Source of the DNA: Lytechinus pictus | Lineage: Eukaryota | Length of the DNA: 64,000 nucleotides | Reading direction: 5' to 3' | Assembly (NCBI RefSeq): GCF_037042905.1 | Contig: NC_087251.1 | Span: 45,820,001 to 45,884,000, forward strand | In this document: in pieces, positions 50,595 to 63,100 of the stretch | How positions within the stretch are numbered: the first letter of the stretch is position 1 | Layout of the letters: every line of letters begins with the position of its first letter | Translations under genes and position numbers: made by a program | The notes under the pieces: model-generated | Databases searched by the model: none | Told to the model about the DNA's origin: nothing | What the model saw: the letters and a program-made list of their open reading frames with translations, nothing else

Positions 50595-51849
50595 CAGAGG
50601 CAGATCCAGGATTTTAAAGGGGGATATTATTGTTTACAAAAATTTTGACAAGCCTGACAATTTACACTAAAATAATATAAAAATCATAATTGCGAGCACG
50701 AAGCGCAGCTGATTTTTTTTTCTAAAAATTAAGACCTTAAACAATACATTTTGTGCACTTAATTATGAATAGGATGAGTATCGGCCTTAATAAATAATGC
50801 GAGCGCGAAGCGCGAGCTAAATTTTTTTGATATTTCTAACTGGACACTAGACAGTCTAAGCAGTTTTACAGGATGGGTATCTAAACAGTCGTGCGGGTGC
50901 GAAGCGCGAGCTAAAACTTTTGATATTCCGACTTAAGAACTGGATATTCAAAGCACTTTTCGTATCCATGAACAAATTGGTTTCTAACTGAATAATTAAT
51001 TGGTGTGAGCGCCAATTTTCGATATTTCGACCTGATAACTTTACATTCTAAGCACTTCATTTAATTATGAACAAGATGGAATTTTATGCGAGTGCGAAGC
51101 TCTAGCTGAAATTTTTGATATTCCGACCTAAAATCTTGATATGCAATTTTTGTAACCGTGAACAAATTGGTTTGTAATGATATTTATATATTTTTTTTAC
51201 ATCCGAACTGAACACCGGACATTCTAGGCACTTCATTTAGCTATGACAGGATGGATATACCTAAACAGTATATTATGTGAGAACGGAGCGCGAGCTGAAA
51301 TTTTTGATATTCCGGCATAAGAACTGGATGTTATAAGCACTTTTTGTAACCGTGAACAAATTGGTTTCTAAATAATCAATTGACGCGAGCGCGAAGTGCG
51401 AGCTGAACATTTTAGATATTTCTACCTGAAAACTAGACATTTATCTTAGGTATCCAACTAAAAATTTGATGCGAGCGCGTAGCGCGAGCAAAATTTTTAT
51501 TGTCATAATTATATTACCTAAAAGTTGTTCTCTACCTTTTTCCTGTCCCTGGTCAGCCCAGTCCGTTCTTACTATCTGTATAGAAAGCTCTAAAAGTCGC
51601 ATTGCGTAAAAATCACAATTTACCGATAAAAGTGTACAGTTTGACGTTTACCGACAAAGATGGTGGAACTAAAAAAAAAAACGAATTAGTTGGAAAAGCT
51701 CTCTTTCTTCCTTTTCCCCTTTTTTTCTCTCTTTCCTTTTTGTATTTTCTTTTTTCCCCCCCTTTTTTTGCTTCCTTTTTTTTTGCTTGTGACTCGTCAG
51801 GGGGGGGGGTAGTCTGCCCCCTGCCCCCCCCCCTTAGGTACGCTAGTGG
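50595..51849. mobile_element. hAT-like MITE with periodic GCGAGCGCGAAGCGCGAGC array
   Basis: cagaggcagatcc ... ggtacgctagtg ends; about 8 motif copies at 90-110 bp spacing or multiples. Confidence 0.7.
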
Positions 51850-52617
51850 TAATGATGGTCAATCTGATATTGGCTTGGCGTGTTGGTATTTATTTCAAAT
51901 TTTGGGAGAACGTCGTATTGTAAGAACTTGAAAATGGACTGGTGCCCTCCAGAGTTTAATAAGGAAGTTATTAAAATTCTATTTTTTTTTATTAATGACG
52001 TCATGTACGAAAAACTGCCTCATTTTTTAAAATAATTATAATGCATATATTTCATTTCTTTTGATGGTTCATGGTTACTTACAAGGTTTTTCTTTCAGGA
52101 GCGAGTATGAAATAATTGATTTGTTGATATACTGAAGGTACAAGAAAAACCATTTTCTATTTTTTGAGAAAATGACATTCTATTGATAATTCTTTTTTTT
52201 CAAATACACAATGTATGGGGAATCTACTCGCATATGACGTCACAAAAAAATTCTGATAACTTTTTGAATTTTTGATGGATTTTCCTCAAAACTTTGCCAT
52301 AATTTATTTCTTACAATAACTTTCAAATCATCAGTGAAGATCCCCATTAATATGAAAGAACTTGTCGAATGTGATATCCTAGTCTGTCTTATCCTACAGT
52401 TACCCCTATAATAAGAGTCAGACCCCCTGCGCTTGTCAGGTGATGATCAAAACCAATAGGAAGTTGTCAGATCAGGGGCCCATCTTATACAAAGAGTTGT
52501 GATCGATCCGATCAATCGCAACTATAGCCATTAGCAAAGTCATCATATAAAATGCATGTTGTTAAAAAAAAATTCTAGATATAGGCAACAATGATTAAAT
52601 GTTCTTTTGTAATTATA

Positions 52618-52913
52618 CAGGGCCCTGGGATCGACATTTTTTACTGGGGGGGGGGGGAGTGCTGATGTAAATTTGACAAGCAAAAAAGTAAAGGGGGGGG
52701 GGGTTCACTACAAAATTAAGGTTCTTTTGGTCCTGAGAGATTTGTCAAGGAAAAAAAAAGCAAATAAAAAGTATCACTAAAAATTATAGGTCATTTGCTT
52801 CCTCTTTTCCATTTTTAACACTTACCAGAATTCCAGCGGGTACTGCCTTTGGAGAATAATGAACGCAGCCCGGAACGCAGCTCCCTCAGAGCACCCCCGC
52901 TTCCCAGGGCCAT
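52618..52913. mobile_element. hAT-like MITE
   Basis: cagggccctggga ... tcccagggccatg. Confidence 0.7.
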
Positions 52914-53490
52914 GCAATTAAACAAATAATATATTCATATCAGAGCCCCTACCCCCGCCCTCATCCTCAGTAAGTAGGCCTAGATGGGTTCGTGTGTGTA
53001 TATGGCGTTTGTAAAGTACCAAATACACTTAATCCACCATAATTTCTTGTGTAAAACTGTAAATAGATTTAAACAGCTACTGTAACGATAGACAATGTGA
53101 ATGGCGAAAGCAGTTGCTGTAATAATTATGAACTTCTCCAACCCGAATTGCTAATTAGACTACCCTGGAGAAGTGAGGGAGAAAAAAAAATCTGTCATTC
53201 GATGCCTAAAGGTCACAAGTGTCTATACCTACCCGCAAAATAACGAAAATAGTAACTTGATAATATAGGATAGTAGGTATGGACTTAAAAAAAATAGGAA
53301 CAACAATGTTGATCGTATTTACGCCTGGTATAAGAGTATATTATGCTAAACGCAGATGGTAAAAAAAATTGTTTGTTTGTTGGAAGTCCATGATGGTTAT
53401 AATGTGTACATATATCATATATCGGGATCAGATAAATCTAGATCACTAATCTAATTGAAACTTTCCCCGAATAGTTTACTGGGTAATATG

Positions 53491-56092
53491 TAGCCTCTTG
53501 TCGAGGCCCTGGCGGCTGCTTCCCAAGCGAAGCGAGCATGGGCGGAAATCCCAGGGGGGGGGGGGCAGGGGGGACGTGTCCCCCCTACTCAAAATAGTAG
53601 GGGGGGGGGACACAATATCGAATGTCCCCCCTACTAATTTTGGTCTTTTATGATGGTAAGAAATACATAATTTCTAAATCGAAATAAAACACGTATTTTG
53701 GGATGAGATGACCTTACTTTGGCGATGATAACCTTTTTTTTTTGCTTGTCAAATTTTCACGCCCCTTGTCCCCATAGGCTGATCCAGGGAGCCGAGGGGC
53801 CCGCCCCCACCCCCCCCCCCCCCCCCCCCTCTTGGCGGAGCAAAAAGAGAAAAAAGGGAAAGAAAGAAGGAAAAACGGAGGGAAAAGAGAGGAGAAAAAG
53901 AAGAGAAGGACGACGAGTGCATAAAATAAGATGAGGGGAAGACTTGGAAAATCAAAAGAATCTTTCGTGCCACTATATAAAATTTTCGCTCGCGCTTCGC
54001 GCTCGCATTGCCTGTTAGGTGATTTACATATCTTGTTCAATATGGAGTTCGAATATCAAGTTTGGAAGTCAATATACAAAACATATTTCACCTGGGAAAT
54101 CGAACTTTCATTATTTTTTGTGTAATTCACAAATTGGTTTTTAAAAAGTGCTCTGTAAAAATGTCAGTTTTATGGTCTGAATGTTAACATTTGCTGCTTG
54201 CGCGCTCGCAAATTTTGATTTATCAGGTACCCATAATTTTCGTGTATTCCATAAAGTTTTAAAAATATCCCTTTTCAGGTCTGATTGTCAAGACGTATCA
54301 GCTAGCACGCTGCACGCTCGCATTTTGATTGGCGAGTTATTTAAATGTTTCAATATTGATTATACAACAAACTACTTAACTGAAATCCCCTTTTCATGAC
54401 AGTTTATCAAAAATTATAGCTCGCGATTTGCGCTCGCATTAATGGTTAAAAATATATTAACTGATGCATCCTATTCATAATCACAAAAGTGAAATGTCTA
54501 GTTTTTAAGGCTATAATATCATCAGATTTCGCGCCCTCATTAGGCATTGATAAATATGATATCAATTTAATAATGAAATTGTCCCTTTTGTTTCATCTCG
54601 CGCTTAGCAAGAGGAATAGGAAGATAGTCATCATTTTCATTTGATGGCATGTCGTAAGGATGTCCCGGTCCTATGTCAAAACTCGAAGTAATAATAATAT
54701 CAGCTCTTTTTTAAGTGCGATCCATGTCCACCTTACAATTTTTCTACAAAGTGCTTGAAATATAAAGCTGAAATTGACTCTTTTTTTTTCAGATCGGAAT
54801 ATCAAAGTTTCATGATTTTCATGATTAAAGTTGTATTTAGAATGCCTAGATTCTAGGTCTAAATATGAAACACGCTCGCGCATGTTTATTCAGATACTCA
54901 ACTTGTTCTCTAATTTAAATCATTATCCAGTTTCAGATCACAATATCAAAATTGGTATGCTCGCGCTTTGTGCTCGCATTATTAATGTAGGAAGACCACA
55001 TATTACTCATCCTTTTGATGATTTACAAAACATGAACAGAGTGGCCCACTTTTAGGTCTAAATCTCGATTTTTTTTCTGCTCGCGCTTCGCGCTCGCATC
55101 AATCGTTAAATTATATAGCTATCCTGTTCACGATTACAAAAACTGATTAAAATTTTCCATTCTTTCTTTAGAAATTTCAAAATTTTTCAGCTCGCGCTTC
55201 GCGCTCGCATTTTTTGATTGTTAAAATATGTAACGCCTTCATGGCTAAGTGCAAGCAGTCCTCAACAGGTACCAGTTCAAAACGTATATAAAAATGTTCT
55301 GCTCGCGCTTTGCGCTCGCATTATTAATACTCATCCTTTTCAGGATTTACAAAACATGAATAGAGTGTCTCGTTCAGTATAAATATTATAGGAATATATC
55401 TATAAATTTTCCGCTCGCGCTTCGCGCTCGCATTAATTGTTTACTCATATACCTATTCTGCTTGAGTTACAAAAAGTGCTTAGAATTTCTATTTCTTTAG
55501 GTGAAAATGTCAAAAAAAAATATCTCGCGCTTCGCGCTCGCATTATTTGATTGTTAAATGTTACTTTAATAGGTATCTTTTTCATCAGTTTATTTCTGCT
55601 CGCGCTTTGTGTTCTTAGTAATTATCAAGTTGCATACACATCTTTTTCAGGATATCAAACATTGCCCAGAATCAGTTCAAATTTTAGGAAAAAATGCATA
55701 AAATTCCCAAAAAATTAGCTCGCGCTCGCATCATATAAATAAGGATTATAATATTATATATTAATTTATAAGAATAAAGCTAAGAAGTGACTAATGAGGA
55801 CTACCCCTTCAAAGAAACAAACAAAACTCATCTTCGAGCTGCCGATCGGGGAAAATATGGCTGAAACAAATTCCCCCCCCCCCTATTGGCGAAGTCTGGA
55901 TCCGCCCCTGTGTCCCTCCTACCTTTTGGGAGAGATTTCCGCCCCTGGAAGCGAGGGATATTAAGTTAATTAGCGAAGCCGAATTAGGCCTCCCAGTCCC
56001 TGCGCTCGCCAGGCCTAATTCGCTTCGCGAATTAGGATATCCCTCGCCTCGCTTGGGAAGCAGCCGCCAGGGCCTCGATCGACAAGAGGCTA
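53491..56092. mobile_element. Palindromic TAGCCT...AGGCTA MITE with 9-bp TSD (AcademH-like), host of nested hAT MITEs
   Basis: TIR tagcctcttgtcgaggccctggcggctgcttcccaagcga; flanks ggtaatatg / ggtaatttg. Confidence 0.8.
53537..55947. mobile_element. hAT-like MITE with perfect 8-bp TSD gaagcgag, containing a further hAT-like MITE (53773-55910)
   Basis: catgggcggaaatc / gatttccgcccctg; TSD at 53529-53536 and 55948-55955; inner element has about 15 GCTCGCGCTTCGCGCTCGC motifs. Confidence 0.85.
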
Positions 56093-56631
56093 GGTAATTT
56101 GTGGTTTACAAATTTTCTAGATTTGCATTGCTTGTTATTTGATTTTTAAAATCATTTAATATGAGTATGCAAAGAAAGGAGACACAATTTTTTCACTTCA
56201 ATTCAAGAAAACATTTATTTTCTTCCATTTCATTACATATTTTTCTTGTTAACATTAATTCATACATAAATCAATTTGTTATGAAAAATATAAATATGTA
56301 CATAAATAAATAATAATGTATGCCTAATTGCTGCCACAGTTTCCCAATTACGGTTCATTTATATTTTTTTATCTTCCGTTTTTGTATTGTATGTATTTAG
56401 TTCTTTTTTCCCCCCAATATTGTTAATATGTAGTAAAACATAAAAAAATCTAAAGAAGATATCAAACAGTGCTGGATTCCAGATCGACGAAAAAAAAAAT
56501 CAGTTCAGTTATAGCTTCTTCATTTGAATTTCATTCAATAATGGGTTCATTCAATCGCGATAATGCAGTGATTTTGTTATTAAAAGCTATATTCTAATAT
56601 TAATGAATGTAAATAAATAATGATAATCATA

Positions 56632-56838
56632 CACTCTAAAAAAAGTTTACCCAATATTGGTTAAAGTGGGAACATGGATGCCTTGGTTGGGTAAAAAGAT
56701 ACCAAATATTTTGTCAATTTTACCCAATGTAGCGTTGAAATTTACCCTTAAACATGCACTTAGCCCAATATGGGGTAAAAAATAACCAGCAAACATGTTC
56801 CCTTTCTACCCAATATTGGGTAATTTTTTTTTAGAGTG
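56632..56838. mobile_element. TA-flanked CACTC MITE at the centre of an inverted duplication
   Basis: ta-cactctaaaaaaa ... ttttttagagtg-ta. Confidence 0.85.
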
Positions 56839-57055
56839 TATGATTATCATTATTTATTTACATTCATTAATATTAGAATATAGCTTTTAATAACAAAATC
56901 ACTGCATTATCGCGATTGAATGAACCCATTATTGAATGAAATTCAAATGAAGAAGCTATAACTGAACTGATTTTTTTTTCGTTACAAATAATTTTTTTTC
57001 TCAAAGGGGGGGGGGGCACGTGCCCCCTGTGCCCCCCTGCCATGGATCCGCGCCT

Positions 57056-57665
57056 GGTCAAGTCTACCCCACAAAAATGTGGATTTGAATAAATAGTGAA
57101 AATTCAAACAAACATAACGCTGAAAATTTTATCAAAATCAGATGTAAAATAAAAAGTTATGGCATTTTGAAGTTTTGCTTATTTTTCACAAAACAGTGAT
57201 ATGCACAACTCAGTGACATGCAAATGGTCAGTCGATGATGTCCATCACTCACTATTTCTTTTGTTTTTTATTGTTTGAACTATACAATATTTCATTTTTT
57301 TACACATTTGACAATGAGGACCAACTTGACTGAACAATGTTAATTCCACATGTTCAGGGAGGGGAGGAATTAATCGTTGTTTCCCATGACAATGAGGAGA
57401 AAATTAGAATATTTCATAAAATAAAATACAAAAGAAATAGTGAGTGGATGACGTCATCAGTCTCCTCATTTGCATACCGAACAGGATGTACATATAGCTA
57501 TTTTGTGAAATTACGCGAAATTTTAAAATGTCATAACTTTCTTCACATCCGATTTTGATGACATTTTCAGTGTTATGATTGTTGGACTTTTCTCTTTTTA
57601 TTTAAATCAGCTTTTCGTTGGAGTGGACCACTGAACTAGCTCAGTGGAGTGGACTTGTCCTTTAA
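57056..57665. mobile_element. Kolobok-like TTAA MITE, family A
   Basis: ggtcaagtctacccc ... gtggacttgtcct-ttaa. Confidence 0.8.
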
Positions 57666-58088
57666 GAAATTATCATGAAACGGAAAACATCTCAATGACG
57701 TCCAATAGTTGGTGACTTGGTGTGATTGTTATGCTGCAATATTCATGGGTATTCTATCGAATGACGTTCAAATCTGGGGCCCCGCGGGTTCGATTCCCGG
57801 CAAAGACATTTTTTCGGCATCACAATTGTTCTCTTCATGCATGCCTTTCACAACATATTTAAATACAAGAGTTGCCAAAGCTGCTGTACATGTATAATTT
57901 CCCAGATAATTTATAACATTTGTATAATTTGTCCCATAGATGTTCTGCATCTAGGCAATAGCTTTGATCCAGCTGAGGCGTGTTCAAAACTCTACCCGAG
58001 AAAGGAATAATTTTTGGTGTCGAAAATCTGTTCATCTGACGGTCAATCGGATCGGTGTCGCCCTATAACAGGCCCTAGCCACTTACCC

Positions 58089-58160
58089 GTCTCTGTGGTC
58101 TAGTGGTTAAGGCACCGGCGTTCAAAGCTGGGGTTTTGATTCCCGGCAGAGGCATTTTTT
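58089..58160 (+). pseudogene. tRNA-like sequence (pseudo-tRNA or SINE head) with TCA in the anticodon position
   Basis: Acceptor stem GTCTCTG/CAGAGGC, A-box TGGTCTAGTGG, stem CCGGC-GTTCAAA-GCTGG, damaged T-arm, T6 run; partial second copy at 57763-57820 has B-box GGTTCGATTCC. Confidence 0.6.
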
Positions 58161-59769
58161 CGGCATCACCAATTTTCCAAAGGGCAGATAGCTCTGAGGA
58201 ACCTTGATTTAAGCTACGCCTATACCATTGTTCTCTTCATTCATATTTTCTTTCACGTCAAAGCATGGAGGCCATGGTCAAAATAACTCTATGGTCAAAG
58301 TAACAACACAGACAAGTCACACTTTCACCATGGACCTATTACGTAATAGGTCCATGCTTTCACTCAGCGTTGAGAGAATTAGATGTTGTTGTTTGAACGT
58401 GGAGTTTGGGGGTTTGATGGGGGAGGGGCAACGCAGCATTATGTAATAGATACCTAAGTCACCTTGAGGTATATTGTTGAACCGTGAATTGATCTCTTCC
58501 CTTTGTTGGAATCGTCCATCTTAAGAGAGGGGGGTAAGATCACAAGTTGGCAAGATATTGCTTATCAAACAGAGATTGTGATGTTGTCACCAGAATAAAT
58601 AAGCATTACCAGACTGCTTTGTGATCTCAACCGTATTTCATCATTCTTTCGATCATTTATTTAAATCCTTTCTCCTTTGATAATTCCGAGAACTTTACCC
58701 CTGCGTACCACCCCCTCATACCTCAAAATTAGATTAATGGATGCGTCCATTGTTCATTCACAAATTCAAGACGACCCCTAGCCAATCAATTACACCCAGC
58801 CCCAGCCCCCCTTCCTGGTTAGTATGCAAATGACCATTTAAACGACAAAATTGTGAATAATTTATCCCCGGTCGTTGTTGTTGTCCAGCTGATCAGCTGC
58901 TATACGGTTACTCTATCTCCGCATATTATTATGCACGCCTAATTTCAAAGACTACGACCCTACATTGCATTACAACTCAATGCTTCGATCGCGCATGTTC
59001 TGCTGGATTTGGTTTTGTTTGGCTGTCTTGTTCCCCTTGTTTCGTGATTTATTGAAGGTGAGATTATCATCATCGTGTGAATTAATTGCTGACATTGTTA
59101 ATAAGAATTTATGTAAGATATTGGTTTGTAAGTTAGGCTATTTTTTTAATAAATGACACTGTAACGTAACCAGCCCATGAGTTTCTGTCTTATTTGCTTG
59201 ACTCGGCATGTTACATTCGCATTGCACTGCATGGATGACCAACCAAGTAGAGACCCTACTACTCGCGCGCAGTGTGTGTTCAGTTATACCTCCTTGGCTT
59301 GGGCTTGGAAGGCTTGGTTATACACGTATGATTATATGATGTACATGTAAGCATAGACTAGAGCTAGCTCTATGATCTTGTTGTAAAGCCAATAGGCTTT
59401 TATAGAGTTTCACAGCACATAGGTGTTCTGAGTTAAAGCATGTAAAGTGCTTTATTTTCATACCAAAACAAAATTTTAGCTGGAGTCAAATTCAGAGTCC
59501 AAAGTCAGAGATTATTAGAGGGGAGGGGGAGCATGGCCTGGTTATGGCCAACTTATGGGGAATTTACATGTACTACTAGAGTCTAACTGTAATCTACCTG
59601 AAATAGATGGTGCGCATTTACCATTACAAAGTCAAAGAAGTAGCCAAAAGCCTGAAAAGGATCATGATATTTTCTTAAAATACACACTGAATGACATTGT
59701 CTTGTCGTCACAAGATAATGTCATATAAAATATCACAGAGTCCTCTTACTTAGCATGCTGCGCAGTAGG

Positions 59770-60142
59770 AATAATGATAATAATAATCCGCTTTTATATA
59801 GCGCTTAATAGTACATCGGAACGACGTGTCTAAGCGCTTTACAGATATTTTTTTTTTACCCGGTCATGGGATTCAATCAGTCATTCCCGCACACAATGTG
59901 TGCACATCATCCACTCCCTGGGAGTATTCCAGTCAGTCGCCGGTGAGGCGCATACAGTACTGGACAAGCTACAATGAATTTGACATCCTACTGGGTATCC
60001 ATTTAGCACCTGAGTCGAGAGGGGCAAAGTGTGGATTAACGCCTTTGTCAAAAGACGCCAGACCGCAGTGGGATTCAAGCACACGACCCTCTGTTTACAA
60101 GGCTAGAGGGGCAGAGTCAGAACAACTACACTACGGCTCCTC
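59770..60142 (-). mobile_element. tRNA-derived SINE with L2-like tail
   Basis: On -: degenerate A/B boxes at 60060-60140; tail aagcgctatataaaagcggattattattat. Confidence 0.7.
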
Positions 60143-63100
60143 TACATGTCTCCACACACTACGAAGCACATGTCATTAGGGAACAGAACACATGACATGG
60201 TACATGGTTGTATGTACATAATGAAGATGTGGCTTGCGTTTGTAGCTCGTTAATGCAACTGAACAAACCTTGTACATTTGTTTTATTGCAGGCGCCAATT
60301 TGACATCACATATAAAATCCTCGGAGGTTAGTAAAGAGTGTTTTGACCTCATTATTTGTCTGTCTTTTGGGTCAGAACCTGATTGTCTAATGTTGCCAGA
60401 AGATATACATATTCATGTAGGTTGAGTTTACAATACATGTATTAATATATTTTTAGCCCAATTTAGAGTAAAGAATCTTTATTCAACAAATAATTTCTGA
60501 TTATCAAAGTTAAACTGCAGTAAGAATGAATATTGGGAAATAGTGTTTAAATTGATGTTGCTGTCTGGTGAAACTTGATCACAAGATTAAATTTGCCTAC
60601 CAGACTCATAAATGTGGATCTCAAATGAAGAGCTTTGATCTCTGTAGACTCACAAAGTGTTATTATAAATTGGAGTATACTGTACGTGGTGTATGCTAAA
60701 TTAATGTACGTTTCTCTATAATGTAATATCAGTGGACAGTGGTAAATGTGTATTGCACTCTACTGTAGTTAAAATCAAGTATAATAAATGCAAGTATGTA
60801 AAGCTGTAATCAATGTTCATCTTTTATTGATTAAAAAAGAAATAACATTTTTACTGAAAAAACAAGCAAAGAAAATGCAATAACTTGGGTACAGTAATTT
60901 ACAGATTTTTCATCTTTCATAATTTTTTTTTCCATTATGGTTGCTTCCTCTGATAACATTATAATAGGCCTATAAATACAGTATCACATTATTTGTAATG
61001 TTTTTATATTTATACATACTATGCACATGTAGTTCAATTGTATGATATTGCTGGTGATCATCATTCATGTGCTAAAGTTTTTTGGTGTGAAATTTATATG
61101 GATAATATGCTTTAGTTGAATGAAACAAATTCATTTTGTTGTTTAACATGATACATGTTGGAGGAAATTCTGAAGATTTTTTTCTTGGAATAAAATTGTT
61201 CTGAAAATGTAGGAAATAATCTTTGTTCGTTCTTTATATTGCAATTTCTAGATATGTTGGATAAATTTTTAAAGTGATTTGACAAAAAACCTAAACATTT
61301 AGCATAAAATCAATGGATGAATAAATTGAACAGTCACTACCCCTTACACATGTATGTGTAACTACAGGTGAAATGCTAGTATTTGTTAAAATATATATAT
61401 GGAATGCAATCTTTTAAATTGATTTATGAATAATGTATGAATTTATGTCCTATTTTGTAGTTGATTTACATTGTAAAAAATGGCGATTGACTCGAGGGGA
61501 GAAATATATGAAAATAATTTCACGCATTATTCTGTTGTCTCATTTGGGGGATTATATTCTTTGCAAATTCATTAAGAAGATATTTGAGTTTATTGTTTAA
61601 ATTGGATCCACTGCTCATCAAGTAAAGTACCATCATTGATTTTTCTCATTAAATTTGTCTCATTCTGTACTTTTGTATTCATTTTGAAATTAATGACGTC
61701 CAAATGAATAGTTTACCTGTTTTACCCATGGATGAATAATCTGCGTCTTATCAAAATTAATTAAATCTAAATTTTGATTAGTTATCAATCATGGTTATAA
61801 TCTATATTTTCACAAAGAAATTGAACTAATGAAGTGTTTCTTGCGTATTTTGATGTGTTTTTTTTTCTTCTAAACTGTGAATAAGTAGTAAAATCAATGA
61901 TATAGTAACAAATACACAATTTCTATAACAACTTTAGTATCAGCCAATCACATTTAATGATTTCAGTAGCTTTGAACTGTTATTACCACTTTGCTATAAC
62001 AAGTTTTCTGCTATGGGTCCCTTTAATTAATATAATACTCAAGCTACATGTATGACTTTGCTCACCCACCATCACGGCATCACCCAAACAACTTACTTCA
62101 TATTCGATATGTAGATGGTGTGTACAGTATGTAATGTAAGTTTGTAATCTGAAAACATTCGACTTGACGAATCCACCACTCCCAGCTGGCAGGTTAATAC
62201 CTAACAGGTCAAGTATAGGCCAATAACTGGGTAAAAAATGTGCATTGTTTATCATCATGGTGATAGGATGATGATCATCGATTGTACCCTTGATGAACAA
62301 ACGGAGGAAATAGGAAGTAGTCGTTAGAAGGGAAATTAAAGAGATACTGTTCTACTTTCTGCGCAAATAATACCATTCTATTCGTAGCTATAGACCTGCA
62401 TTCAAGGTGAAACAAAAAGGAAATAGTTGATAGTACACTCATAGCGATTACACTGTACTTGATAATGATATGATGAAGCCTATTATATTCTTCACATGGG
62501 AAAGATTGGCGCATGCATGAAAATGGTGGGTACCGAATATTCACACCCTCCCCTATTCATATTTTGAGAAGTGTGTGAACATCACCCCTCCCCTTATTTC
62601 AAAATAAATGAGAGGTGAAGTAGTTAGCTTTTATTATTCTCTCCATATGCTTTGTAATTCAAGTCATACTAGCAGATCATATACATGTAAATAACAATAA
62701 AAACCCAACTCATCAGATAAATATTCAGACTCTCTCAATCACATATACATGTATATCCCGTAAAATAATCCTGAAGTACACTGAAAATCTCGACTTCTAA
62801 GTTTCACCTTTGTCGTTGTGTCTACGTGTACAGAAAAGATTCGACCTCCATCATGGAGTGCATGCAGTGCAATACTAGTAGTTCAAGGGTTACGAAAATA
62901 TGAGATGTCTGGATATGGGCATAGTGGGGGTGTGTCGGTCGATGGATGTTTTGACTGCATCTCTGTGTGTCACTATACATGTATGGTCTGCAGGCACAGA
63001 CCTGTGGTTTTTGCAATTCGCAATAGCGCATCATGCATGGAGAGTCTGAAGTAGTGAGACTAGATTTACTGTGTACCGTGGCTGCATGCCTCAGAGAGTT

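Noticed and set aside
58089..58154. Functional tRNA-Sec gene
   Set aside because: No long variable arm or 9/4 fold, sequence unlike eukaryotic tRNA-Sec, and the T-arm is damaged.
60740..60780. TATTGCACTC resembling the miR-92 5' end
   Set aside because: The remainder does not match miR-92 and I see no precursor hairpin.
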